The position numbers were made by a program, and so were the translations under genes. This document shows, piece after piece, positions 51,018 to 63,553 of a DNA stretch of 64,000 bases. Below the pieces are notes generated by a model that was not told the DNA's origin, ran no database searches, and was given only the letters and a program-made list of their open reading frames with translations. Where the stretch lies: NCBI RefSeq assembly GCF_963853765.1, contig NC_088861.1, forward strand, positions 16,244,001 through 16,308,000. Direction: 5' to 3'. Source of the stretch: Magallana gigas. Taxonomy: Eukaryota. Each line of letters opens with the position of its first letter. The stretch's first letter is position 1.

Positions 51018-51054
<37 letters not shown>
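49606..51054 (+). mobile_element. Non-autonomous Helitron/Helentron (HINE; Helitron-N2-like) carrying a satellite array
   Basis: 5' TTTTTAGCTCACCTGAG; 3' subterminal inverted repeat CTCAGGTGAGC (51018-51028), GGCCCATGGGCC hairpin and CTCTTGTTTT end. Confidence 0.9.
49623..50712 (+). repeat. ~166-bp satellite array (Cg170-like), ~6.5 units
   Basis: GGTGGGGCCACAATGG recurs at ~49623, 49789, 49955, 50120, 50297, 50462, 50629 (periods 165-167 bp, one of 177 bp). Confidence 0.92.
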
Positions 51055-51438
51055 CCTGTAGCTCTCATAACATGTGCAATACGGATTTCGCCAATTTTTT
51101 TCAGCTAAAACAACTGCAGGTAAATAAAGGGTCTCTATAGCTAATATTTCATATATCTGAGGTATAACACTTCTGCTAATTGACAATGCAATCCTTAAAA
51201 AAAAATTGATATGTATTCGTAAAACAAAATTATAACGTCATTAATTTACCAATTTTCTTAACTTTAGAAGAGCGACATTTTCGGTATCGTTTTTAATATA
51301 TCATTTTATTATAAAATCGTATATTGTTATTTTAAATGTCAACTGAATTTGATTTTTTAAAACATACTTAAGCATGTGACATCTCAAATACTGATAAAAC
51401 AGGATCATTTAGATGGAAAATATATTAATGTTATATAG

Positions 51439-51725
51439 TTTTTATCTCGAGTGAAACGAAGGTTCAAGTGAGATTTTCTGATCACACGTTGTCCGTCCGT
51501 CTGTTTGTACGGATGTAAACTATCACATGTTTTAGTGCCTCTCTTGGAACAAAATATCCTTATTGCAAATGAATTCTAAATTGTTTAACAACGGGCAAAA
51601 CCTAAAACCTTTTATTCTTAAGGGAGCTTGTCACGAAAAAATGAAAATAGGATGTATGTCTTTAAATATCTTTTTCTCAAGAACCCTCCACCATAAATGC
51701 CATAATTTACACCAAAGCTTGCACA
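51439..51725 (+). mobile_element. Degenerate HINE-like 5' fragment
   Basis: TTTTTATCTCGAGTGAAACGAAGGTTCAAGTGAG..CTGATCAC..GTCCGTCCGTCTGT, homologous to 48110-48180. Confidence 0.6.
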
Positions 51726-52459
51726 TGTAGTCAATATTAAAAATACTAAGGGAAGCAAGAATAACAATTACAATGTCACCTAGAAGTGTAAACCAAATAG
51801 TATAGGTACCAAATATTAAAATATTTAATGGCCATCAATATGGTCAACGCACTGAACATGATAATTGCTTCAGTTTTTTTCAGTTTTTGATTTCTTATAT
51901 TTTTCCGAGCACAACAACCAGAAAACATACATATTACACCAAACACCTGCATTTAACATGGCATAGAAAGAGAACACTTCATTATTTTCATTTGTTACCC
52001 GGATAAACAGTTTTAATTATTGAATGTAACCTAAACTATTTGTTAAAAATCGATCTACAGTTTTCACGTATTTATGATATGTGACCATGACATTAAACTA
52101 ATTGAATCATCGAAAAATATTGTTGAAACATACTCTAATGGATTTGCCTGTATCACAAAAGACAATAAAAGCATATTTAACTGAGTTCGTTCCCATGGCA
52201 CCAACCTTCAAAGTCCTTCAAAAATACCCTTGTTTAAGAAATGAAATATTGTATGAGTGAACTAGTCGCCCCCGTTTTATTTTCGTTTTGTCAGTCAGCG
52301 AATTAAGACTTGGTGAATTTCAGTGTATACATTATCTCTCTTCTACCACAACATTGCTGGGGCGAATTAACGACGAGGAAAAACCGTAAGTGAAAGCAAA
52401 AACATGAAGGAGCAAAAATAACCCTGTATCCAGTATATACCAGAGGCAAAGCATGGAAA

Positions 52460-52840
52460 CTGAAACCGATAAATCTTGCAATGATAGTAAAACGCTGCAA
52501 GATTCCGTTAGACAGGTTGAGCAATAGTCTTATGGTCGCACAGCACACGCACAAATAGCTGTGATTTATCTTTCGACATTTAAAAATCATGCATCGCTCT
52601 TGCGAGTGCACAAATGCTGTAAAACATTCGCATTAATGTTCTTGCGTTGCATTTCAATAATTTGGACTTCGGTTGCGTCTGAATAGTTTGCATGTCCACA
52701 TTTTTGGGGAGACGATGCAACCACAAAAGCGCAATCAACGAATGCGAGAGCTCGTGCAACGTATGCAATAGCACGAGCGAAACCATAAAACTCCGATTGC
52801 AAGTGTGTAAAGTACTTGTGCACCAATTGTGTAAGGGGCT
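52460..52840 (+). mobile_element. Right-end fragment of Harbinger-like MITE (same family as 58680-59994)
   Basis: Collinear similarity to ~59590-59994; ends CCAATTGTGTAAGGGGCT followed by TTA. Confidence 0.75.
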
Positions 52841-53278
52841 TTATGTATTTGCATTCACAAAACCTTATATTTTCTTAATTTGGAAATAAAGTAATAAATT
52901 AATAGACGTTTGAAACAGTAGTTACCACATCACGAATTTTCTCTATGATGATTCCAAGAACCAATCAAGTGATTAAAAGATATATCAATTTTTCTGTCCA
53001 ATGAATATTGGTTTTTGGAGTTAAATAAAAAGCAAATTAAAACAAAATCAAAATCAATCATCTGTTAAATAAGATTTTACAGTACTGAAAATCACTTATC
53101 AATTATTGTTAGTGAATAAATGATTAATTCTTCATGTAATTAACTGTGTGTGCTAAAAATCATCAATATTAACATATAACCTATTTTCTATAAATGAGCA
53201 GCTGAAGAACTGTTTTCATTAAGATATGAAAGCTAATTTGCCACACTAAAAATCATTTCGTGAGTAAATGTAGGTCAA

Positions 53279-53600
53279 TCCCAGATAGCATGACTATGTT
53301 TGGCCAGCTTTGGGACACAATGGTTGACTTTGTTTGGTCAACGTTGGGCTAACTTTTTTTTTGCTCATCGGCCGAACCTTGGGCCAACAGGTAGGCCTAA
53401 CGTTTGGCCAGCTGGTAGAACCTACGTTGGACCTATATATTAACGTTGGGTCAACGTAATGCTAATACATGTATGTTGGACCAACGTTCGACCGATGAGC
53501 AATAAAACATTGGGTTAAAGTAGTTTGCCAACGTTGGCCAACCAAAGGTTGCTTGTGTTGGCCCAACTGGTTAGGTAACAACATTAAACCAACGTGAATA
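53279..53600. repeat. Truncated MITE-like element built from CCAACGTTGG palindromic motifs
   Basis: Begins CCCAGATAGCA; many (CC)AACGTT(GG) and TTGGCCCAA motifs; matching right terminus not found. Confidence 0.45.
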
Positions 53601-55487
53601 CATTTAGGTTTTTTAATCGAACATTTTACGAACAACACATATTTTGGTTTAAAGGAATTTGGTCTGAATAACAATACAAAAACATTGAATTTATACTTTT
53701 GAATTCTTTCATCAATATAGGGAATAATTGTTCAAGCAGACCATAATAATCACTTATTTTATATATATGAGCATGTCGTCTTCGTGTTTTAACAGAATTG
53801 TATTTGATATGTTTTCAGTCACAAAATTTGATCGTTGGACTGAGTATTAGCTGCCGCTCATCGTTCTCGTCCTTTCTTTCTGTCCTCTCTTTTCTCCGGC
53901 TTCCTTCTCTATCTGCGGCAAACCGGATCTAGTCTTCGGGATATCTTCGCATCTGTAGCACTTGCACAGAGTCTGTTTTTCCACACGGTAGCTGTAAACC
54001 AAATAGTAACAATTAAAAATCAAGTATCTTTGTAGAAGGTAAGGTTTCTAAAATGCATATTGATTATGATCTTGCTTTTATAATAAATTAATATGAATAG
54101 CTCAAAATGGATACCACAGGCATGTTCATATGCTGTTCACTTTCGAGCTATATGATGAACCCCGACCTCATGTTGCCATAATGTTATGAAATTGTAACAG
54201 GGGAAGATTAATTAAGATCACTTTTATATCATACGAATTGATACATGTATAATTATACAAAGCATATATACAAAACATCCTTATATTCTGAGAATACATC
54301 ATTAAATTTAAAAGTACGATCTAAACAAGACTTAAGTTTTAATATTATTACGTTCGTAAGATCATTAGGTGCAGTGCTTAAATCATCATATGCCGTGAAC
54401 AAAAAGTAATTATTAGAAGTTCATTTTATGTAGTATCAATTTCATTTTATGTGTTAAAATATAAACGTACGGTGGTGAAATATTTATGTGTTGTAATGAA
54501 AGTGGTATGTAATGTATGCAACGGTAAATCCTTTCTATAATTTAACAATTTATCATAGGCCATTGTTGAGTCATTATGTAAAGTGGTCAGTTCTCTGCAT
54601 GATGTGATCATTTTCTACTTAGGAAACTAATTACAATTACATAACTTCCAAAATAAAACTTTTTTGCCTCTTCTCCATGACAAGTGAAACCATTTAACAA
54701 CCTCACCACTAACACACGACTTCACATTCAAGATTATCACACCATATAATTGAATGATCACATCATGTAAAGAACTAAATGTTATTACATCATAAACTTA
54801 TTATTACTCAACAACTGCATAAAATAAATTAGCATATTATATAAAGGATTTACCATTGATATTACACATTCATCAGAATACATAAAGGTTTTACCACTAT
54901 ACATACTGATTTAACACACCAATTAAATAAAAGTAGTACCGAATATACTGTACTCATAACCTAATCCAAGATGTTGCACTGCATGACAAATTTTGCAACA
55001 AACCATGAAAAATGTACCACAAAAATAACGAAGCAACAAAAATACACAATGAGTTTATTTCTATATAAAGTAAGCTTATCAAATTATATAAAGATTTATT
55101 TACAGCATATAATGTATTAACCACTGCACCCAATTCTCTCTCTCTCTATTAAAGAATTAATTATGCAACGTGCAACATTAGTAATGCTATTACTATTTAA
55201 TATCAAGATTTTATCTCTGAATACCATTGTATATTTTAAGTATATAATGATGTTAGCAATGTATAACAAGATGATATCCCTCCATATACATGTAATGATA
55301 TTACCATTAATAATTACAAATAAATGCATAATGAATGACCCAACAAATCGTGCATTTTCGTCAACTGAATATTACCTGAAAGGTCTGAAAAAGGTTACTG
55401 AATAACAAATGTAAACCATTTAGAATCAATTAAGCAATCCGTTATCTTTAAGCCCAATTTTACTTGGCTGAGTGGCAGATGTTCATA

Positions 55488-55551
55488 CATCGTAAGAAAC
55501 CTACGGTCGGTCTCGCTTCTCTGCGAGACCGACCGTGGGTTTCCGACGATG
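55488..55551. repeat. Inverted repeat, 29-bp arms, 6-nt loop
   Basis: CATCGTAAGAAACCTACGGTCGGTCTCGC-TTCTCT-GCGAGACCGACCGTGGGTTTCCGACGATG (3 mismatches, one G-U compatible). Confidence 0.85.
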
Positions 55552-56486
55552 ATGTTTATATTGTGCTGGAGTTAACTTAATAAAAGTGTCCAAATTCCAC
55601 TCTAATCAGTCATAAGTATACACTTATCATTTTGATGGCTTTTGAAAGATTAACAATTTTGTATCAGTTAATTATTACCGTACTGTTACATTTTTCAGTG
55701 TAAAAATAACATTATTCGTGTTAAATGTAAGATATAATGAAAACATGTTTGTATTTTTACGAAAAATAAAACAAAAAATAACAACTGAATACGAACAGAA
55801 ACAACCGTTTGTATATTGAAACAACTACTTAGTTTTAGTGGGATCATACGTATTATGTAACGTTCACTTGGAATATCAGGGTGTTTAAGGAGAGCGTTTT
55901 GCAAATACCTGAGTTCAACAGGTACACGTATATGCTTTAGAGAGAATCGTAAACAGATCGATGCCATAAATAGGTGAATTCGTTAAAGCCAAAATACCTG
56001 TACTTTGGTGTCCGCCTTGTTGTCAATAACACTACTCTCAAGGTCGGCAGAAATGGTGTCACTTTAAAAAAGTCAGTTTATAGGACGGTGTTTGTTTAAT
56101 ATCATATCATAAAAAATATACAGGTGATTAACTCAAATGTATAACAGAAAAAAATGATAAAGATATCTCGAGAAAACATGTGATTGATTGTCCATCAAGC
56201 TTTAAATTCAATATCCAAAAGTTGTTATCTAATAGTTTGTTACTGACTTACTACGGAAAAAATTAGAATTGATAAATTCTAAAAATGCTGATCAGCCCGA
56301 TCAAATCCCATAGTCAATCAATAAAAAACCTAGAAGGTGGATCATTTTAAGTGTATTTTTTTTTCTCTCTCTCTCTTTTTTAAAAAAATAATTATGCAAC
56401 GTGCATCATTACATCTATTCTACACGAGACATATATATCTGTTTAAATTTTAATGCATTACTCTACTCGAAGTAGGAAATATTTAA

Positions 56487-56918
56487 AAGCATGTTCACGA
56501 TTTTTGTAAAATTCTATTTTTGTATTTTCATTTTTCATAATGCTTTAGTAATGCAAAGCTGATGAGCAATCAAATTTGAGGGTCAGTCGTAGAGTTTACG
56601 TTAGTTCAGTATGCCAGTAAAAGTTCTATTTTAAAGATGGTTTTTCTATCTGATAATTCGTTTTTAACATGAATAAACATTTCCTAGCGTTCATGACTTA
56701 TCTTTTTAGGGTCTAAACCTGGAACTTTCTTTTCAGCATTTAAAATGTAGCAAAAACATGATCTTAACTTTGTTTACATAACAAAGAAATTTGAGCTCTG
56801 TATCTCGCTTATAACTTGACAACAAACACTCAAATTTTGGTTGACTATTAGAAATGCCTTACTGTAGCATTGTAAACATTAAACATTAAAAAATAACTTT
56901 AAATCTTGCTCATACCCT
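56487..56918. mobile_element. TTAA-flanked (Kolobok-like) MITE with long imperfect TIRs
   Basis: TTAA at 56483-56486 and 56919-56922; ~120-bp ends are loosely complementary (AATGCTTTAGTAATGCA..CAAATTTGAG versus CTCAAATTTTGG..GCCTTACTGTAGCATT). Confidence 0.55.
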
Positions 56919-57442
56919 TTAAAATAAAAGTAACTTTAAACACATGAATATTAATATAAAACATTCATATCGTGATGATTCTCTGAAATTATCATCTAGA
57001 TCTGTGTCTAGAATTTTAAGATTCTAACTTTTGAGGTGGATCATTTTTAAGAGATGTGTATTGTCGGTTAAACAACAAAAATATTGGGAAAGGAATTTTC
57101 AATTTCTATATAATTTAATTTCATACAAATTGAAGCTTTTAATTGGATTAGCCAATCACATGACAGTGTTTTATAGTGTATAAAGAATGTTGGCTATGGG
57201 GCCACGCCAACTTGACAACAACGAGCCGGACTTACTTTTATCATTACTTCCTGTTTACATTAGAGATCATATAATACATATATATTATATACAATCTGAG
57301 ACCTTGAAAAATAATATCATTAAAAAAATTGATTGTTTTGTTCATTTAAACAATAAAGACAAAGTTTATACCAAATATATTATTGAGACACAGTTTACAT
57401 GGAACTATGTTGTTTGGTTTGTTGTCGTCTGCTATAAACAAC

Positions 57443-58660
57443 ATGGCAGATTTTGAGATGTTGGGTGTTGGGGAGACTGTAGAGATTATAGATACTGATT
57501 GGGACACACTGTACCAATTACTGGATGGTAAATTTGATGTCTCAACATCAACAAATGAAGCGGGGGAGAAGCTTGAGAGGGTTTTAAGCCCTACACATGT
57601 ATAAAAACAGAAGAAACAATGCTGCAAGAGCCATCCTATAGCAGGAGATTTAATTCTGTCAGTGATGCAGAAATGCAGGATCTTAAAGAAAGAAGACAGT
57701 CAAAAGCCACAAAATCTAACACTAAGTGGGGATTAAATTTGGTTCAAGGTATTGAATATTTAATGAAGTGCTCAAATTGAAAATATCAGCTCATCATCAC
57801 TTATATCGGATTAACCAGATTGGGACTTGAACCCAAATTCCCCACACAAAATGCATGGTTGCTTTAACATTAAGCTATCTGGATTTAAGCATGATAAATG
57901 ATTTGATAAGTTCAAAACAAAAATTTCGAATTTCATTACAGAATGGAGTGTTGAGGCTCTTGGGCAGCCAACCAATTTTCATTCAATTTCTGCACCTGAG
58001 CTCAATAGCCACCTTGAAAAGTTCTATGCAGAGGGTGCACCAAGGCCAAATGAAAAAAGATCTCAATATATGACCAAACAACAAGAATATTGGCAAGGAG
58101 GAATACATGCAAATGAAAACCCAAAAGAGAAAAGAATGTATGAGGTACCTTCTGCTGGGGCAAAATGTCCAGTTGCCTCTTTGAAACTTGGACCCTAAGG
58201 CAACATTTTTATTTAACAGATTTTCAAAAGATGCGCTTAAATCTCAAACAACTGAGGAAATTTGGTACACAGATGTTCCGAACAAAAATAAAAACAAAAC
58301 ACCAATTCACGCGGTTCATGACCGACATTTGTAAAAATGCAAAATGCAGCAAAACATACACTGCACATAGCCTTCGTGAAACCTCAATTCAAAGAATGAA
58401 CGATGCATGTTTTTAGGTTTGACACATTATGCACATGAGTGGTCATAAAAATGAATCCACTGTGAGAAGTTATAGTAAATACTGTTTTACTTAGCAGAAG
58501 GTTTCAATGAGTAAAGCTCTATCAAATTTGGTAGTTCCTCAAAACGAAACTAGCAACCCAATTTCAGCCACCACGCCGCCAGTAAATCTCCCAATGGGAA
58601 TGAATGTGAAGAGTCAGATACAGCTCCAATGACATCTGCAGAGATCCAAATTATTTTTCA
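57443..58660 (+). pseudogene. Decayed Crypton-type tyrosine recombinase (DUF3504/ZMYM-KCTD1-like) gene
   Basis: N-terminal RF..S..E.....RQSK.TK.NT.WG, intron 57749-57941 (GT/AG, phase 1), then EW..; WYTDVP; YTAHSLR (HxxR at 58366-58377); MSGHKNESTVRSY (H 58444, Y 58471). Frameshifts, stops and internal deletions. Confidence 0.82.
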
Positions 58661-58679
58661 ATCACCTCAGAGCACCTAC

Positions 58680-59994
58680 AGCTCCTTTCACAATTGGTGC
58701 ACGATCAGAAGCGACAAAATATTTGTGCAACCGAAAAAAAAAATAGATATGAATCGTAAACTGTTGACAAATTAATCGCATTTGAAAAAGTATTCGTACA
58801 AAATTTGCACGATCTAAGCGAGCGTTGTGCGATGTAAACTCATTAAATCTTGCGATACATCTTGCGTCTATATGCGACTGTTCTACAATGAAAGCGACTG
58901 TTGAAGGATAATGAGATAGGATCGCGCGAGAGACCAGGTGATCGGACGGTTGAACGTGCGCCAATGCGATTGGACGTGCGATCATGCGTTCCATGGTACG
59001 AATGCTCGTGCGAGTAAGAGGGGGTATACATGTATATACCACCCATTTCCGACGTTTACAGTAGACATAGTTGAACGCGAGAGAACATGACGCTCAAGAA
59101 GAAACAGAAATGCAGCAGCATTTATTATTATACCTCAATATGATTATTCTATTATGAGAGGGCGATTTCATAGGAATGAAAAAGCCATTATGAGCATACG
59201 ATGTAGACAAACATGATAAAATCAAAAATTTTTAGTCATTATGATTCTCTTTATATTACAAAAACAACTTAACTATGATTCAAAATTATGAAAGAAAAGT
59301 GAGACAGTAACATAGGAAATCAAACAATCACGACACTATTGCTATTGAAAAGTCAGACAATTTTTAAAAAATCAAAGTATTCTGTTTAATCATACATGCA
59401 TTTTGTACGATATAATAAAACGTTTTTTGCATTAATATTCATACAGCGATGCCCTCGGTAAATATGATTTTTTTTTGGAGTAATAAATCTTCATATTTCC
59501 CTCACCATCATGCAATAAATGTATATTGGCAATTGTGGTCTGAAACAGAGATGCTTATACAGGGTAAATATGCTAGTGGCATATTGAGGCTGATAAGTCG
59601 TGCAATGATAGTAAAACGTTGCAAGATTACATGAGACATGTTGAGCAACAGTCTCATGGTCGCAAACCACACGCATATACAGCAGCGATTCATCTTAAGA
59701 CCTTAAAAAATCGTGCATCACTCTTGCGAGTACACAAAACGTTGTAAAACGTTCGTACTATTGTTCGTGCGTTGTACTGCGATGATTTGGATCGCATTCG
59801 GTCGCGTCTGAATAATGTGCATGCCCACTATTTTGAGGAGACTTGATGCGAGCACTAAAACGCATGCAACCAATGCGAGAACTCGTGCAACGTCTGCGAG
59901 AGCTCATGCAACGTGTGACAGAGCTCGTGCGAATCTAAAAAATTCCGATCGCAAAGTGTTGTAAAGTGCTCGCGTGCCAATTGTGAAAGGGGCT
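58680..59994. mobile_element. ~1.3-kb PIF/Harbinger-like non-autonomous element
   Basis: TIR AGC(T/C)CCTTTCACAATTGG at both ends; right flank TTA (left flank TAC, so the TSD is imperfect); no transposase. Confidence 0.75.
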
Positions 59995-60987
59995 TTAGAT
60001 CGGTGCAACATTGTCACTTTGACACTGACATTATTATTTGGCACAATGTTCTGTTTTTATAATGTTTTGACATTTTTAAAAGGTGAAAATGTAATATTAT
60101 AATTATGTCAGAAATAACTTTAAATGTTTATTTTGAGAACTATTATTTAAAAGGACACATTATTTCAATACGCCTTGTATTGTGCCATTGAACAATTGCC
60201 AAAGTTAGCATTCTTGTTTTTGTTAAATACTATATCACAATGTTTACAAGCTAAATATAATGTAATGTCTACAAGTTGAATACTAAGCCTGTCGATCATG
60301 GTCACATGAAGGTAAGGTAAAGGTAAATAACATATGCTCGTATTTCTAGTCGCAATCAGTTTAAAAAGCAGTGAGATACAGATTGATTTTAAATAGAGAA
60401 ATTCATGGTAAGGAATATTATATTCTTATCATATTAAAAGGTAGTTTTGTTTAAGGATGTTTGCTTCGTTCTAAAGTCTTAAAACGTGATTATATTTGAG
60501 GTTGATAAGTATGAGGAAAAGTAGTTTTTTCACGAATGCATATTTAAAAAAAATTAAATTAGACTTTTTACGCACAATTTCATTTTATTCAATCTTTTTA
60601 ATAGATATCTGATATAATGGATTTTGTTTGCATTCAAGGTGCAAACTTTATTTGTTCTTAAGCCTCATTGCTTAAAAAAAACATAGATAATCATTTAAAG
60701 GATTTAAAGTGTCAATTTAATTCATAGTTCATACAAATGTATGAAGAGCAATGTACATGTCTTTTATTGGAGTTATCATTATTTATACTTTGCCTTTACA
60801 GGCTGCACGGCTCAGTCTGACATTGAGTTATAACGACGTTTCTGTTACGTATTATTATGCCTTCTGTCAGTTTGTTACTATATATCAAATACTCATCTAT
60901 TTTCGCATAGTATCTAAAAAATTTTATAGCGTAAGCATACTTTGCCGAAATAGAGCACGGCAAATGTTTTCTACGAAAATCTTTCAA

Positions 60988-61063
60988 GCGCCGACAGCGG
61001 GATTCGAACTCACGACGCTAAAATCATTCCAGCGTGAAGCCCAACGCGTTACCGCTACGCTAA
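60988..61063 (-). repeat. tRNA-derived (SINE-head-like) sequence
   Basis: Minus strand A-box TAGCGTAGCGG and B-box GAGTTCGAATCCC; no clean cloverleaf. Confidence 0.55.
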
Positions 61064-61574
61064 ATTAGCCGTTATTATAATTAACGGTATTTATATATAT
61101 ATATGTATAAAACGTAGATATACACGACTGACATCAAGCAATTAAAATTATTCAATTTTCATAAAACACTTCATATTGATGGAAATTTTTAAGTTAAAGT
61201 TCTTATAAACTTTTGAACAAATAGACTGATAATTTTTCAAAGAAATTCTACATGAGAATCACAAAAACGCTTGATAAAGAATGTACCAGAAAAAATTCAA
61301 TGAGATTTCGTCTGCTAAACATTTCGAGTTTTCTCCGTAAGGCCAAACGTCTCTCATTTCTTGAAAAGAACATAAACCTTTGTTGACTTTTTATTGTACA
61401 ACAACTTGTTGATTAAAACAAAATCAAATCAATTGTTTAATTTGAAAAAAAAACAACAAACGCGTGCTTTTCCGGTGATTTTTTAGGGACTTGTTAGCAC
61501 TCGAACGTCACAGCTATTTATAGCTATTTATAGCTTAGCACGTCAGTATATTCAACAGTCGGCATAATAATAAC

Positions 61575-61715
61575 AATAGTGTTGTGTTCTGCATGTACTA
61601 TGCCTAAATAGTAGTCAGGGTTTGATACAAAGTGCACGATCCGGAGAGGCTCGTGCACTATGTATCAAACCCTGACTACTATTTAGGCATAGTACATGCA
61701 CAACACAACACTATT
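61575..61715. repeat. 141-bp foldback element (65-bp arms, 2 mismatches, 11-nt loop)
   Basis: Arm 61575-61639 is the reverse complement of 61651-61715; loop TCCGGAGAGGC. Confidence 0.95.
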
Positions 61716-63553
61716 ATATAAGTAGTCCGTGATTCATCCGAGAGTTATATACCGCATTTTCCCTCTGATCAGAGGGTGTTATCGCAAACTCCATCAAAGT
61801 ATTGTTTGTGCCACTTGTGAATAAGTAAAACCGAACTATTTTGATGGCTTTCCCGTTTTCCCCATCGTTTGTTTTGTTTCTATCGGTGTTTACCTCGGTT
61901 GAAACATGCTGTTATGATGGCGCACTGTACTTACGGTCAGCTGATCGTGACGTCGCTTTTTCGGGCGTTCTTGCCGTAATATCATTTAAAAGTCCTCTGT
62001 AATTTAAACCCAATTACAAAGTTTAAACCATTTTTACGCCTGGTCGTGCGTACTTTCTGCGACCGTTTGAAACATCAAAAGTTTAGTTTTTTCCGATGGA
62101 AAACATTCAAAACCACTTTAGTTTGAATTGAAATTTTATGAAAAATATTTAGATATACAAGATGTTAAACCCATTTAAAAGGACAAAAACAGGATTGTCC
62201 ACGAACTTTTTGGACAGCCTCGTACATTATATTTATGACTTTAAAGAAATTCAGGATTATGTTTAGAAGTAAACACAATTTACATTTTAAGTAAACATTA
62301 ATACCAACCTTTGTTTATTAAATACATTAAATCAACATGAGAAAAAATATATGTCACTGAATAATAAGTCATGCACCAATGTATGAAACACTCCTAAAAG
62401 AAGAAAAACATATTCTATGCACATCTGTACACAATGACTGTATTGCTGTATTTAGCGTCTTGTTTACATTCTATCAAGGCCTTATATAATAGGTAACGCA
62501 AGTTGTTTGCCCTTCTTAACTGAGAACAGCAAAATTTATTTCTGCAAAACAATTACACAAAGAATTTAAAGCTACGGATAGTCGCATTTTGTCTATTTTT
62601 GTAGGCTAAAAATAATGGTTCCCGATTTCCAGATAAATATGTCAATGCCAAGGTCATTTAATCAAAACATGTTTATATTTTGTTAAAAGATCTTTTACAA
62701 TATACGGCGCACATTTATGGAATAACACATATCTAATTAAAACATTTTACCTAACTTTAAAATGTTCTTTTAAATATTCTATTGGCTCACAATATGGTAT
62801 ATAACATTAAAGCTGACATGGATTTATAAAATCATTTGGTCGCCATATAAGTATCGATCGCTCTTCAGGTGCCACCGGGGTAAATATACCGGTCGAGAAA
62901 GTTACGGTCAATTGCTTTCCGATCGAGGCAACCAGGTTGCACGGACTCCTAAATGCTAACTTCTAAATTGAAGTAAAATGTTTGTGAAAAAAGAATACAA
63001 GAAATTGCACTCAATAAAACATCAAATAAATTCATTCTTTAAAAGAATTTCCAAGTTATCCGTATTATTTTGCACAGAGAATGCTGCCTTACTTCGCATG
63101 CACATTGAACACGTGTGTGATTCATACAGTAGTTTTTGTATTCAAAGAATACAACTAATTTCCAATGAATGAAATAACGCATATCTCTGATTTTGTTTCA
63201 AGTTTAAGACTTCAAATGCACGTGTTAACACATAGATCAAAGATGAACGTTGTTAAATCCGTTACTTTTGCAGATTGATTATTTTCACAAGCAACTGTGA
63301 GAAATGATTGTAGGCTCTTTTCCTCAAAATTTTGATGTAATCTGAATTATTTCAAAAATCATAGCAGCATTACTGCATTAAAGATAAAAATTGTTTTAGA
63401 TCTGTCAATATTGATATAGAAGTAATTATCATTCCAATACTACATGTAGTTGTTTTCCTTATCATAACAATTGATGATCTAAGTATTCACAAAGTTTTAT
63501 CTTTAAATTTTGCAGATCGGGTATTTGGATTGATATCAAATTAGACAGAAACC

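Noticed and set aside
55376-55384. 9-nt minus-strand microexon (TTTTCAG|ACCTTTCAG|GTAATA)
   Set aside because: The pattern is suggestive but can easily arise by chance in AT-rich DNA; no independent support.
60988-61063. Functional tRNA gene (also 43865-43945)
   Set aside because: A and B boxes are present, but acceptor and anticodon stems do not pair into a cloverleaf.
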